A stretch of DNA of 62,121 nt, counting the filler, from Sphacelaria rigidula (Eukaryota), in the NCBI GenBank assembly GCA_964200075.2. It is 7 parts of 7 records of this genome, joined end to end, with 100 filler letters (N's around TTAATTAATTAA, not from the genome) between each part and the next. Parts side by side here need not be neighbours in the genome. Positions count along the whole stretch, not along the records: positions 8,890 to 17,678 come from CAXNAA020010092.1; positions 17,779 to 26,567 come from CAXNAA020010093.1; 5 more parts are not named here. One strand, written 5' to 3'. Positions 10,994 through 24,149 of this stretch are shown here, piece after piece (position 1 is the stretch's first letter; each line of letters begins with the position of its first letter). The notes under the pieces are model-generated. The model was not told the origin of the DNA, searched no databases, and saw only the letters and a list, made by a program, of their open reading frames with translations. A program made the position numbers and the translations under genes.

Positions 10994-13900
10994 CTCGACG
11001 TTGCGCAGTACACTTTCCACATACATCGTGTTCGCACTGTCTGTAGAATTATTTTGTCCCCGGTTGGGTAGATTTTCCATATATAATGCAGGGGCAACAT
11101 CTGGGCGAATTGCAGGTGAGGCAATCACCGAAATATTCACCTGCAAGCTCTGCTCCAGTGTACTGTAAGTTGATATCGCTAGGACACTACCACAACCACC
11201 TTTCCGGCTGCCAGACTGTCACAGACTGTCAGGACGTAGGATCCGCTAGCATTGCTACTGTCTGTAGGGGGGTGTTGCCTCCTTGTCAGGTACGTTTTGG
11301 AGCATGATACTCGATGTAGATCATCCTTGTACATGGGCACCAAACGCTGGGGGTTCTTACTCAAGACTTCGATTTGGAGGATCATACTAGGTTGGCAGCG
11401 GCAACTTCTGTGTGCCCAGGTGCCCCTTGGAGCAGGATACGTTTGGTGCCCGTTTGACGAAGTTATCCCCAATAAACCGAAATCGATCAAGGTTTTAGAC
11501 TGAGAAAATCTAGCAAAAAAACAATCGCAAGGATATGATCGCAGAAAAAACGACGCAAAACAAATATTGCAAGGATCCAATCGCAAGAATCACGACGGAA
11601 GAATCACGACGCAAAAAACCTCTTGATCGAATTTTTACCCGCAGCAGAAACCAACTTCACTTGTAAAAATGGAATACAATAAACAGTATTCAGTATTCCT
11701 CACTTGCCAAGCCGTATCGCCCTGGTACAATATGCATGTTCACAAACCGTATGTTGACTGTTGACTGTAGCAGCTACACGAAGTACACATAGTTATTGGC
11801 GCTGCGCACATAAATAGCGCCATGAATGATCCATATGACCCGTGTGATTCGTACATAGATGTCTGATGATGATCTGTATGATCCGAGTATCCGTACAAAC
11901 CTGCCACGAGTGGTTTTTATGATCTGATAACCCGTATACCACCTCCTTGGGCACATTTATGTCACCCGAATCAGGTGTACACGAAACGTCAAGAAGAATC
12001 TATGTATCCTTATAACCCGTACAAGATACCTCCCTCCTGATCGATGATATCCGGATCACGAAGATCGTTCCACAACTAGTTGCACTTCATCATCCAAATC
12101 GGGTACACAGGTGTGTTCACATTGAGCTGTGTATGACCTGCGCCCTCTAAAAAGTGATCCGTCCGACGTGTGGAAGATTTCAGGGAACCCAACGCTTGTA
12201 GAACTTCTTGGTATATCTCGATTGGCCCATCTTGTATCCTGGTGATAGCGTTCGGTAGTAATCATGTGATAATAGCAGAAGAAAGGTCGAAGGTTGATCC
12301 CATACAACGGGGGTCCTCGGTCAAAGGGGATATGGGCTCACGTGCAATAATTTCCTGTATCAAGTCAATACAAGAACATGCTGTGAGAGGGTAACGCATG
12401 GCTCGTGTAGTACTGGTAGTGCGAGTTAGATTCAGGACACCACCTTATCTGTGGAAAGCGCGCGCAACAACAAATTAGTAGATATCGTATCCTACATTTA
12501 TTGTCGGGATGTGCGTGGACGGGGTACTGGGGAACGTGGGTGCGATCCGTCGTTTCCGCGACACACACTGGGAAAACAGCCAACAAACCACCCGTGTTTC
12601 ATGGGGTGTCGAGTGGGCGTTACGCAGGTTCGTCGTCGATTCTTATGGTCGACATATTCTAGTTTTTTGGACCCTGAGTCTAACCCTAATCCTATCTCCA
12701 ACCCCAACCCAAAGCATCTCCACAAGCATCGGATAAGGGAGGTGTATGCGGCGTCTGAGGCAAAGTTAGCGAAAGCAGATCTCAAATGGGAAGTACAGTA
12801 CTACCTACGGGGTACCACATCAACTACAACTATAGATTAGTCATGAACCAATTCATTCACTACGCATACCGAAACACCGAAGGAGCCATGTGCACATAGC
12901 ATCACCGACATTGGTAAGGAATACCGGGGCCCCACCGCTACAGTAGCGATCGATCATAGAAACACAACATCACCGTGTACATCATTTTAAACTAAGGGCG
13001 AGGTTTACGCGAACTTAGCAGTCGTGAGCACACGATGGACAACAAAATCGCGCCCGGCCTGCTGCACAGTTGTCACCAGTAATAACACGTAGGACAACAG
13101 ACGCTTAATTGCCGTTCAACAACCGTGTGCACACAAGAAAGAGACCAGAAATAGGGGACCCTTCTCAGGGCATAAGCAGGAAGTCACTGCACGATTTTAT
13201 TCCCTTTAGAAGCAACTGAGCGTGCATCAGTTAGTTTTCAGTACGCAAACGAGAGGCCGTGCAGTGCTAGATTGTTCCGGTAGTCTCACGACATCGATAC
13301 CATGTGCCCATTCGACCCGAATGACTGCCCACGATCCAGCGTAATGCCAGGAGGATGTGCCATGAAGCCATCAAAAACTGCCTTCGTTTCCCTCCGGAGT
13401 TCAACCTTGTGGACCGTCTCGGTCTATTCACAGACTCGCGACGCATATGGTAGGGTGGGGTGGGGTGGGGGGGTGCGGAGAGCACGTTGTTGACATCCGT
13501 GGGGTTCCGCCATCCCAGCCCCCCAGGCAACATCCACGAGGATCATATCCCACGACCAACAGCTTGTTAGTTGTCTGGTCATCAAGGAGGGGCTCTCTGC
13601 CAGGCTCATAATCTGTGCGTGCTTCACAGCTTTTCCGCGAGCGCAGACTCTACAACTAGAGCACCGGCACAACGCTCGTGGTGGCCAGTCTTCCGTGGGA
13701 GCACAACGCTCCCATATCGGCTGCTCATATACGTCGTGATATTTTTCACCTGTGCAACATTTTCTGCCCGTGGTTCGTGATGGAGAGTTTTGTGTGCCGC
13801 AGGTTTCGTATGAACACCGTTCAATTAAACTATGTATATGGTTTGGTCCATTGTCATCAGCAATAATGGTACTTATGCATGGTGTGTCACGTCTTCAACT

Positions 13901-14041
13901 GTGGTACAGTTTCCATGCATCATCCTGCATCGTGCATTATACTAAAGTGGGTAGTAAGTGCGCTATGCTGCAAAGTAGTACATGGTTTGATTTCATGATC
14001 ATTACAGAGCGGTAGAGAGTGTAACACAGCTTATAGTATGG

Positions 14042-15693
14042 ATCACTTTCGATCAAAATTCCTCAACTCTGACCACGCAGACCGTTTTTGACCGATAGAC
14101 CCCAAATGGGCCAGCTCTCCCTCCAATCGCAACACTCTCCGTTATTTGGACACCAACTGTTGCCACACAGACATCGTTATATAGCTCAAAATGAGTTCAT
14201 TGTGTTCACAACATCCCTGTCTTACCGGAGAAACAATCAAGGCGTCAGGACACTCACTATTGAAAAAGACACCGAAGCGTGTGAGAATACGGTACCAGCC
14301 CGCACATCACAACATTCCCGTTATGTCCGTCAACGCGCCAAGTCTCTCCGGTTGTGATGCAGTGCTTCGAATGTGCACACGCCAGTGTCTCGTGACACAC
14401 TTACGCCCATACCATGTCGGTGAGTCCCGTGTACTCATAGTCTCGCCATCTGACGCAGGGTATCGATAGTGTGCCATGTCGTCATGTATCGCGAGAGATA
14501 TAGTTACGCACAGCACGGGCACAACAGGACACACAGCAAGAGCAGTCGTGTTCTTGCTTTATTCTAGGAGATGAAGACACTAGAATTGGTGAACCTGCCT
14601 ACGTGGCTACACCGGAAGGACGGATGAAGCACAAGGTGACATGGGTAGCAGATATGAATGCGCAAGGGTAGGAAAATGCATGCACAGGAGGGTCGGGATA
14701 CGGTGAGCACGCAGATACGCGTATGATGTTGGGTGGGGTTTTGTATGGCGAGCAAGCCGTGCTGCCATAAGCGTAACACCCCCATACTGTCGTCCCCGTA
14801 CACTGTGTGGTGCGTGCAGCCGAAAAGTAGGATACAAATCATTTCTAGTAAATCCTTATTACCTCAAGCGGCGTTTCGGGATGCCTTCGATCTACGGCAT
14901 CCTGTACACAGTCGATTGATTGTATCTTGCGTCGAAGTTGATCGATTGGCATGCCGGTAGCGATAACTAGAACTCAGACAACCATGCTACACTTCGCACC
15001 AGGGTGTCTCTCAAGACGCGCGGTAGCGCGAGATTGAGGTACCACACCGAACGCCATACGTCGTACGTATATCTGCTGCTTCTCGTGTCCCGACCCTCCT
15101 GTGCAGGCAAAATCACCGTTCGCTCCATCCGTCCTTTCGGCGCAGCCACGTTGGCAGGTTCACCAATTCTAGTGTCTTCATCTCCTAGAACAAAGCAAAC
15201 ACATGATTGCTTGTGCTGTGTGTGCTATTGCACCTGGGCTGTGCGTAACTACATCTCTCGCGATAAATGACGACATGGCGCACTCTCGATACCCTGCGTC
15301 AGACGGAGGGACTACGAGTACACGGGACTCACCGACATGGTGTGGGCATAAGTGTGTCACAAGATACTGGCGTGTGAACATTCGAAGCACTGCATCTCAG
15401 GCCCCATCACTTGGCGTACTGACGGACATAATTCGCATTGTGATGTACGGGCTGCTGCCGTAGTCTTACACCCTTCGGTGTCTTTTCCAGTAGTGAGCGA
15501 CCTGACGCGTTGATCGTATCTTCGGTAAGACAGTGATGCTGTGAACGCAATGGGCTCATCTAGGTTATGGCACGATTAATGTGTGGCGAGAGCTGGTGTT
15601 CGAAGAACGGAGTTGTGATTATAGTTAATTATTTTCGGTCAAAATTGGTCTGCGGCCAGACTGTGTTCAGAGCCCAAGAATAATCGAAAGTGA
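14042..15693. repeat. Long imperfect inverted repeat (arms about 14042-14727 and 15056-15693)
   Basis: For example ttctaggagatgaagacactagaattggtgaacctgcc (about 14562-14599) against ggcaggttcaccaattctagtgtcttcatctcctagaa (15153-15190). Collinear over about 650 bp. Confidence 0.92.
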
Positions 15694-17778
15694 CCCAAGG
15701 CGTGACAATCCTACATAAAATGATGGTGGACCACAGAAAACGTGGAAGTTTTAGCCCGACTTTGCCTTGAAAGTTGAGTGGATATTGAAATCACGGTGGT
15801 TATCAGGAAACGCTCGGTTTTTTGTTTGACCTTGACTGGAAATTTGGAGAGGACATGTATATCTCTCGGCAATACGCGGCAAGACTATACATCAATCTAG
15901 ACCATAAATTCGTGAGGGAAACGGATAATCTTCCGTAGGAACACTTCGACATACAACACTAGTCTGTTGCACACCAAAAGTCGTATACTTACGGCGAACT
16001 GTAGTGATTTGGAGTGCTTCTCTCAAGATGGGTGTGATTTAACTACACATGCGCGGGTTTTGTTTGCACAGATCTCTTGTCGATTTTTTACGGTGGTTTT
16101 CAATCTCTCGGATTAGGTGATACCATCAAGGTCCTCCGAGTCCAACATTGGTATAGTAAAAGTATACACGGCAACGCTTTGAACGTACATGGTGATTGTG
16201 TAACAGTTTGGTGTATAAAATGCAAGCGGCTTCAATTGACCACCAATATGCGCCTCATTTGTTCGCCTACTGAAGTGCGCGCAAGTACTGAGCATCGCCA
16301 ATGATGACTGCCTGAGACAACGCTAGCTGCGGCAAATCTAGTGCCGAATGCAGTTGACCTCAATTTTCACAGCCATCGTTGACCTTCCAACGAGCCAACC
16401 ACTCTAAGACGTGATTATTCTCGATTTTTCCGTCACCCACCGCTCTGTTCTCGGTTGACATATGTCGGAGAAGTATGCTGACCGGAGCATCGAGTACTGG
16501 CACGCTGGTTGCCCGTGTCTCTTCGTTCATCCGTCTGCATTAATACAGCAGTAAATACCACAAAAAGCACAAAGCAGTGTTCAACAGGTCATGCGCTGCC
16601 AGTTTGTTCGGCTTGTGCATCGCGCAACCACCTTCCTTCTTAAAAGAACATGTCAACGTCAACATGGATTATGGGTACAAGACAACTGTCACCTGCTGGT
16701 CATGTCAGACTTCGAACGTCGACGGAAGTCTCGTGAGAGGACCCGTGAGCAGACGCAAAGCTATACACATCATGTATAAATATGCGTTCCAAAACACGTT
16801 TTATTCCCTACCGCTGGCACGCAGCAGGGGAGGTAATTGCACCTCGCTGCGATTTAACACTCTTGCACGGCATTCAGAGAAGCAACGTCCCTTACTTACA
16901 CTGCAGAGCACACCTGACTCGAAGCAAAAGTTCGTCATTATTTAAGCGTCGGCAGGCCTCAGCCACATCCCCGACTTTGTGTAGTTCTTCCAAGGATGCT
17001 TTCAGCGAAACCTCTTCTTCGCTGAACATCCTTGCTGCCCCGTAACACCTCCCCAGGTTGTCAGTTGGACAGCGATCGCGTACAGTTCGACACCGCTGGC
17101 TGCGCGGTGATATTTCAGTAGTTTCGAGATGCGGTATAATACCACCAACCGGCACGATTTCCTCCGCACATTTTGGACGACGTATCTACTTCGACCGTGG
17201 ATATCTCCATACATATCTCTATGCGATCCTTATTTGTTGCCGTCTGTTCACGCGCCTTGTCGATCTGAACGTCTGAATTTAGCCGGTACTGCTGTTTCGA
17301 AAGTAACAAGTGAAGGCTGTGTCGTGCGCACCAACGCTGCAAACGGTAGTGAGGGGAGATAAACATGGCAGCAGAAAAAGTAGTCTACGGGGGCACATCG
17401 ATAGCACGATTTCTGGCAGAGGCCGGTCCCTACGGTGAATCGACTGATCATGGGTCCAGGATGGGAGCGCTTGTTCGCCCAAAGGCGTTGACCTGGACGC
17501 GGGCACGCTCGTGGACACCAGCAGGGCACTTCAATGCCAGTGGCGAAAGGAGTTCCATGGTAGGCAGTGGCTCCCGCTAGCACTTCTTCCGCGTCACACC
17601 TATCTATAACAACAAATTGTGCGAATTGAGGTTTAACTTCGAGATGAGGCTCAAGCCTAAAACAGTGCTTATCACACANNNNNNNNNNNNNNNNNNNNNN
17701 NNNNNNNNNNNNNNNNNNNNNNTTAATTAATTAANNNNNNNNNNNNNNNNNNNNNNNNNNNNNNNNNNNNNNNNNNNN

Positions 17779-17860
17779 TGCGTGGTCAATGGTCAAACGA
17801 CTGAGGCAAGCAACAAATGAGTACGCCCGCCCCCCGCCCCACCCAACCCGTCCTCGGTGA
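17779..17860 (+). repeat. LINE 3'-end fragment
   Basis: tgcgtggtcaatggtcaaacgactgaggcaagcaacaaatga plus C-rich run. Same motif at 26399-26460, about 46790-46845 (rc) and 61915-61990 (rc). Confidence 0.7.
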
Positions 17861-17862
17861 CA

Positions 17863-18140
17863 AGTCCGTATTGTCAGGGGATGGTTCTATCTACCTGCCC
17901 CCTCTGTATATTGCATGTCTGATTTTTTTCATGGAACGATGGATCAGCTCTCACTTCCGCAGCCGGTTGACGTTCGTCGTCCTGATTTATTTCCGTTTTT
18001 ACCTAGTGTCCTTGCGCTTTCCAGAACGGAAAAAACATTAAAATAATTAATGCATTACTTGCAGGATTCGAACCCACTGACTCAAGTTGATTTGTGACAA
18101 TGAGTCAACCAATCAATCAGTCCACCCAAATTGAGCGCTG
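17863..18140 (-). mobile_element. Probable second tRNA-derived SINE
   Basis: B-box GGGTTCGAATCC on the minus strand at about 18064-18075, with no complete cloverleaf. Confidence 0.35.
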
Positions 18141-20361
18141 ATATACCAGTTTGACTACCTGGGCGCGGCGATTTCTTCCGTCAACCATCGTTCATTTTGG
18201 TTTTCTCCGTCGCGTTGTCCCGTGCCGTGCCGTGCCGTGCCGTGCCGTGCCGTACCGTGATGATCCTGCGCAGGCTAGTGACGCGCCATCTGTCGCTGAG
18301 AGCGGTAGCGTAGACGGCTCGGAAGGTGCTTTGGAATCAGACTTCCAGAAGCGTATCGAAGACTCATGGGTGAGCCGAGGAAAAGGGAGCCACTACAGCA
18401 ACAAAAATTGTGAACTGGCTGTGACAGTGGGTGGTGGGTGCGGTTTAGGTTCCTCCTAACTATCCTGAACACTGAAGCGGCACTTCAGGCTTCAGGACGA
18501 TGTTCTGAAACAGGGTTTTGAGGCCGCTCCTTGCGGCACACAAAAAGCACGGGAAAAAGGTTACTTTTCGTTCAGAAATTCTGTCTGACTACTAAAACCG
18601 TTCAATGACGACCTCAATTTTACTTTCGAGATGAAAAATCGACGATCCAAGAGAAGAAAAAGTTATGATTTTCAGTGTATGCAGCAACCCCAAACAGATT
18701 TTGTCTCGACAGAGGACGTCGTATATCACATTCCTGTACCTCAGCTATTCTGCCCTGTCTCGCACCCCCCCCCGCTCCTCAGTACAACAGAACTGGAACT
18801 CAAGTAGTGGCGCTCACGCGATGACGAACCTTTTATGGTCGCAGGGCTGGCCGCGGCGAGCACCCTGAAAATTATGGTGTTTGCGGCTAGCCAAGCGCTG
18901 TACATGCTCGTTAGTGTGGATGCTCTTTCTGAAGACACCGACGACTGCGTATGTAGCAGCTGCATGCTCTCGAGAGGTACTCCCATATCACACTACTCTA
19001 TCGTTCTACAAGAGACCGCGAGCACAGCATTTGGTACATGCTAGTGCTGTTGTCTGTACAGACTATCCAGACAATGGTAGTAGTGGGGTTCCTGTATTGT
19101 ACTACTTATCAACTGTGCAACATAGCACGAGCACTGTACATCCAGTACGTAAAGTAGTAGATACGACAACCGTACTACTGTTTTCTGCTGTACAGACTGT
19201 ACATACATCGTAGCAGCAGTAGCATTCGTTTTTGTCTTTGTTGCGGTACTGGTAAAAATACATGGTTACACTTTTCCGGCCGACAAGAAGTGGTGTTTTG
19301 TTTTCCATGGCGATCTTCGTTTGCCGTTGGAAGCAGCCTGATCCTGAGATTTTTTCCTGACCTACAGTATTTTTCATCATCCGACGTGTGTCGCCGCCGA
19401 CTTTTTTGTCTTGCGTTCTGATCCTGAATGGAAAAACAGTGCAGTAAACTCTCTGAATGATGACTGATTGATTGTCGCACTTTAACTGAACCCCCAGGGG
19501 TCCAGCCGTGTTCGCATGATGGACGTACCCAAGAAATTCAAAACTGAAACACTCGCTGAAGAAAAGAAGGAACAGAAAAACGTCGAACAGAACGACATAG
19601 TAGACTAAGACGTGGGGAAAAAAAGGGTATTTGAAAAGTCGACAACGGCAAAGCGCAGTAAGAGATAACCGAGCTAAAACAGCAACAAAAAGGGGGGAAA
19701 AAAAGAGCCACAGAAAACATTCTCATGTACCTTGTATTGTCATCAGAGTAATAGGGATTTTTCAAGGCTTTGTTTCTCGTTTTTCAGTTTCCCTAGCCTG
19801 TTCTGTCTTTCTTGTTTGATCTCTCTTCATTCTCGAGTTTCCTCCAGAGAGTGTCTCCTACTCGTTTACCTTGGGTACGTCCATCTTGAACCACGGATGC
19901 CTTACTTGGGGATCAGTTAACGTGTGACATCAATCAATCAAAATCAATCAAAGGATCTAGGGTCACAAATGCAAGACGATTTAGGCATCACGCTGTTGAA
20001 ACTCAGAGCCCGCTCTGTCAAGGGTGCTCCCAGGTGGTGTCTGCCTGTGCTCCGTTGTGGCTCGTGTCTCATCTGGTGCTATAGCGTGTTGAGAGTTACT
20101 ATCGACAGAGTCATCGAGGCGGAGTAGAGTCGTCGCTAGTATAACGTTTGGTAAGCGATCGTTTCAGGAAGTTTGAGCAGTATTGTCTGGCTGTGGCCAG
20201 ATCCTTGGACCAAAAAGGCGACGCAGGAATCCATCGAGTAGAAGAATATACCGGTTTTCGGAAAAGAGAAAGCATCTTCCATTTTGCCTACCCAAAGTAA
20301 ATTTCATCGACGACCACAACGGGTTCCAGAGATAGGGCTAATGTGCGGGAGTGAGGCCAAT

Positions 20362-20816
20362 TCTAGTGGAAGCCGTCCAAAAATTCGTCGAAAACTACCT
20401 TTTTGGCCCTTCTCCGTCGATTTACCCCCGAAAAGAGGGCTGGGCGGATGTCGACGCTTTAGAATGACTTACTCTACTCGTTGAGACCGTTCTAGGGCAG
20501 CTTTGCATTTCCCGCTGGCCGCACTTTTGTTTTTGGCCAAATCAGGCCAAACACGGATTTTCAGTAAAAAACGGTCATGAGATCAAAATTTCCCCCTGTT
20601 TTTTTTTCGCTCGACCGTTTTCCATTGAAAATCCTCTTTGGCCAAAATAAAAGTGTGGCCAGCGGGAAATGCAAAGTTGCTCTGGAATGGTCTCAGTGAG
20701 CAGAGCAAGTCGTTCAAAGGCGTCAACATCCGCCTAGCCCTCTTTTCAGGAGTAAAACGATGGAAAAGGGCCAAAAAGGCAGTTTTGAAGAGAATTTTTG
20801 AACGGCTCCCATTAGA
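20362..20816. mobile_element. MITE family A, copy 2 (opposite orientation)
   Basis: Same long inverted arms as 2822-3270, with the central spacer reverse-complemented. Confidence 0.85.
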
Positions 20817-23800
20817 GTCGGTCTAAGAGGAAGAAATACAAAGTAGGCTAGATTTGTGTATAAACTTGGTTCGCACCATATATTATGTGGGGTTCTTGAC
20901 AAGGTTTAAGAAGCATGCCGGTTAGATGTTGCTCATGAGCGGTCATACTACAATACGTCGATAAAACAACGTCCCGTTCGCTCTGTGTAGTTAAGCGGCG
21001 TCGAGCCAGGCTATTATAGTACGGTGGGGAACCACGTGGGAAGCCGTGGTGCCGTCACATTTTGCATTCTTCTCCGGTATGCAATGAAACATTCTCTTGT
21101 CAGCACCCTAAAGTTCACCCCCGTTGTCTTTCGGTGTCGTCGGCGGCGACACGTACTGGTACTGTGCACGGTCCTGTGATCAAGGCAGAAGCGAATTGCG
21201 GAACCAAATGCAGAGCCAAACCAGAAAACCAAGCCGTAAAACCAACCCAAAGATCCAAACCACAACACCGAAACCACAAAACCGGAACCACAAAAGTAAA
21301 CCGTAAGGCCAAGTCTCAAGAACCACATATCAAAAACCACACCTTGAAAACCGAAAACCACACATGAAAAATCACACCTCAAAACCCAGACCTCGAAAAC
21401 CACACCTCGAGAACCAACCACAGAAACTGGCTTTTGGGGGGTGCTTTCTGGGTCGTCGCAGGCACTTGCATACTTCATGGTTGATAATTCAATCGTTTCG
21501 GGGTCCTTTACGACTAACTCGCAGCGGTGACCTCCATATGTTTCTTGCTACACCGCGGGAAGGTTTCCTTGGAGCCATTTTGAAACAGCCCGCTCATCCC
21601 GTCACGTGGTATAGTTGGCGCTTTATTCCACAGGGTGATGACTCAACTACGTAAAACCCGTTAAAATTCCGTCGACAGCGGGGTAGAGCGGGTTCGCGTA
21701 CGCCACGGGACGGTACCTGTTCGTGTCGCATGTTTGTTGCTTCAAGATATCAGCACAACCTGACGTGACTCAGTGTCTACCTTCAATTTTTCCCTCCGCT
21801 TCAATTAGCAGTCATCTGTTCTGCCCACGACATTACCACACATGAGACGGATAGAAAGGTGCAGAGTGCCGTGGCCCGTTTATGCTCTCTGCCGAAATGA
21901 GATTTGCCCACCCGAGAAACCTCTCGTCCACATCCGGCGAACCCGGTGGAAATATGCGGGTATACTAACATCAAGATAGGCTTACATACTACCCTCCGCG
22001 ACGGCAGTAAATACACACGAAAAAAGAGGTCGAACCACACGGCACGTACCCGCAGCGCGCCTTGTTTTGCCCCGCCGACGGGCAGAATTTCCACGTTTTC
22101 ACAATACCCGTCGCGAAGATATCCATGCTCGAGACATGCTCGTTGCTTTTGTTCAAGTTCAGTGTGGAATCACCGGGATGTTTCTTGGGGCAGCACGCAT
22201 CTTTACAAACATAAAGGGCGCCGATGCTTTGCGAACTGCACTGCTGTGAGTTCTACCGGCGAACGCACTCCGACACACGCTTGTTACCTTGGGTATGTGC
22301 GCGCTGCAGGCCTCTTGTTCCGTACTGGAGAGGTTCCGGTCGACCTTGGGTCGGGGTTTGAATCACACGAGGCTACGACCAGACGTTGGCAACAACCATA
22401 AGATTATGTGTGTGTCGGCGTTGGATTCTTTAACGACGGGACAGCGGGGAAATACACCTCGGTTTTGGCCCTGCACTATTGTTGGCAGGTGATGAAGGAG
22501 CTCAAGGAGGTGCGCAACTGTCACGCGTCATTCGCCAAGGGTACGCTCCTAGGCCTCGCTTACACAGGTATGGAGCCTTCATTCAGGGTGTTTTATTTGT
22601 AGCATTGTTTGGCTCATTGTCATTGTTGTTGTGGGCTGTGGCGGTGATTCCATGCGACACACAGACCAGCCGATAGACTATGTCGGCAATTCTTGGCTCG
22701 AATCTCAATCCCGCAGCCGAGAAGTTTTGGTACAGTGGGTGCCATGGTTGAAGAGAAATATGTTTGGGAGAATTGCTGGTTTAAGACAGGTCAAAATCGC
22801 TTGGCACACCCCTCTCTAAAACCAAATCTCGTTTCACTGATAACCACATCTACCCGTCATTTCCCCTCTCTTTAAACCCGCTATTGACAACCAGTGCAGT
22901 AGTATGTCGTCGTACTGTACAAAAGTACAATGGTTGATAACCAGCTCACAGTTGCACTGGCGGTAGCACGATGCCTTGCGCAGCGGAACGGTGCAACATG
23001 GCCCAGGTGTCCTACTTTCTTCGTGAGGCCAAGCTGGCCTGGATGAACGAGTTTTGGTCAAGGAAAACGAAACAAACTTGGCATGGCAGACTCCGTGTAA
23101 AGTTGCAGGAGCTGCCAACAAGCGCTGTCTTGACCCTTAGACCGCGACGACGGTGGTCCGCCTGGATCATGCATATTTTCTTCAAGTGCATTTGATGCCG
23201 ACTCACCGGATGGCCTACTCTCGCTGTCTGAGGGTTAATGTTTGTTGCTGGGTACCGTAGAAGGGATGTAGGTTCTTGTTTCTCACTGGTGAAGTCGATT
23301 CGCACCCTTCTTGCTTCGGCCGGTTTCTGCACTGCTGTAGCACTTGTATGCGGTTTCCTGTTTTTCTGTTTCTTGCGTTTTTTTGTTTTTTTTCTGCCTC
23401 CAAGACGTGACGTGTGTGATGCCGGTACAGTACAGTACTGCTATACAGCAGTAGCACAACAGCCTCCAGCAGTACTTGTGTACGCTGTCTAGTGTTTTCT
23501 TCGCCGCTATGTTTCAGATGTTGGAACAGCTATTAGACCACGGAATACAGCAGTGGTGTACTCCCACATCACAATGAGGTAGAATCTTGCTGAGTGTGGG
23601 TCCTGTATCGCACCATTAGTAACTGAATACGTCCTGTCAAGAGGTTAATGAGGCGCTGCGACATAAGGGTACCTTACAGATCTCTTGATTTCACCCACAG
23701 TCCAAAACCCATACATATCGTGTCAAGAGAGATTTCCTGGTAAACCAAGCACTTGGTTTACCAGAAAACCTCTCTTGAAACGATACAATAGGAAGTCGTG

Positions 23801-24149
23801 TTTAAGAGAGGTCAAAATGACTTGGCACACCCCTGTCTGAAATCGTGATGCCGACTGTAATGGAGTTCACGCTCAACTCCGCAGCTGCGTAGTTATCCCG
23901 GGAGTTGGGACTCTGCCGCAGAAAGCGCTTCGATGAAGATGAGACAAGAGTGAGTACGCACCAGAGTCGCTGAATTGGAGCTAGCGGTCGACGTTGGCTT
24001 GGATAGCTCTACCCTCTCTCTCTCTGTGAGACCAAAATGCAAGACATGTGCCTCGATAGGCAGACCGGGAAGAGACTTGAAACGACGGAGTAATTACTAC
24101 TCGCACGGAAGAGTAGAAGGAGGGCAAGAGCAGGAAGGAAGACAGAACG

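Noticed and set aside
16890-17590. Coding-looking minus-strand fragments
   Set aside because: Frames are broken and no domain or consistent splice structure was recognised.
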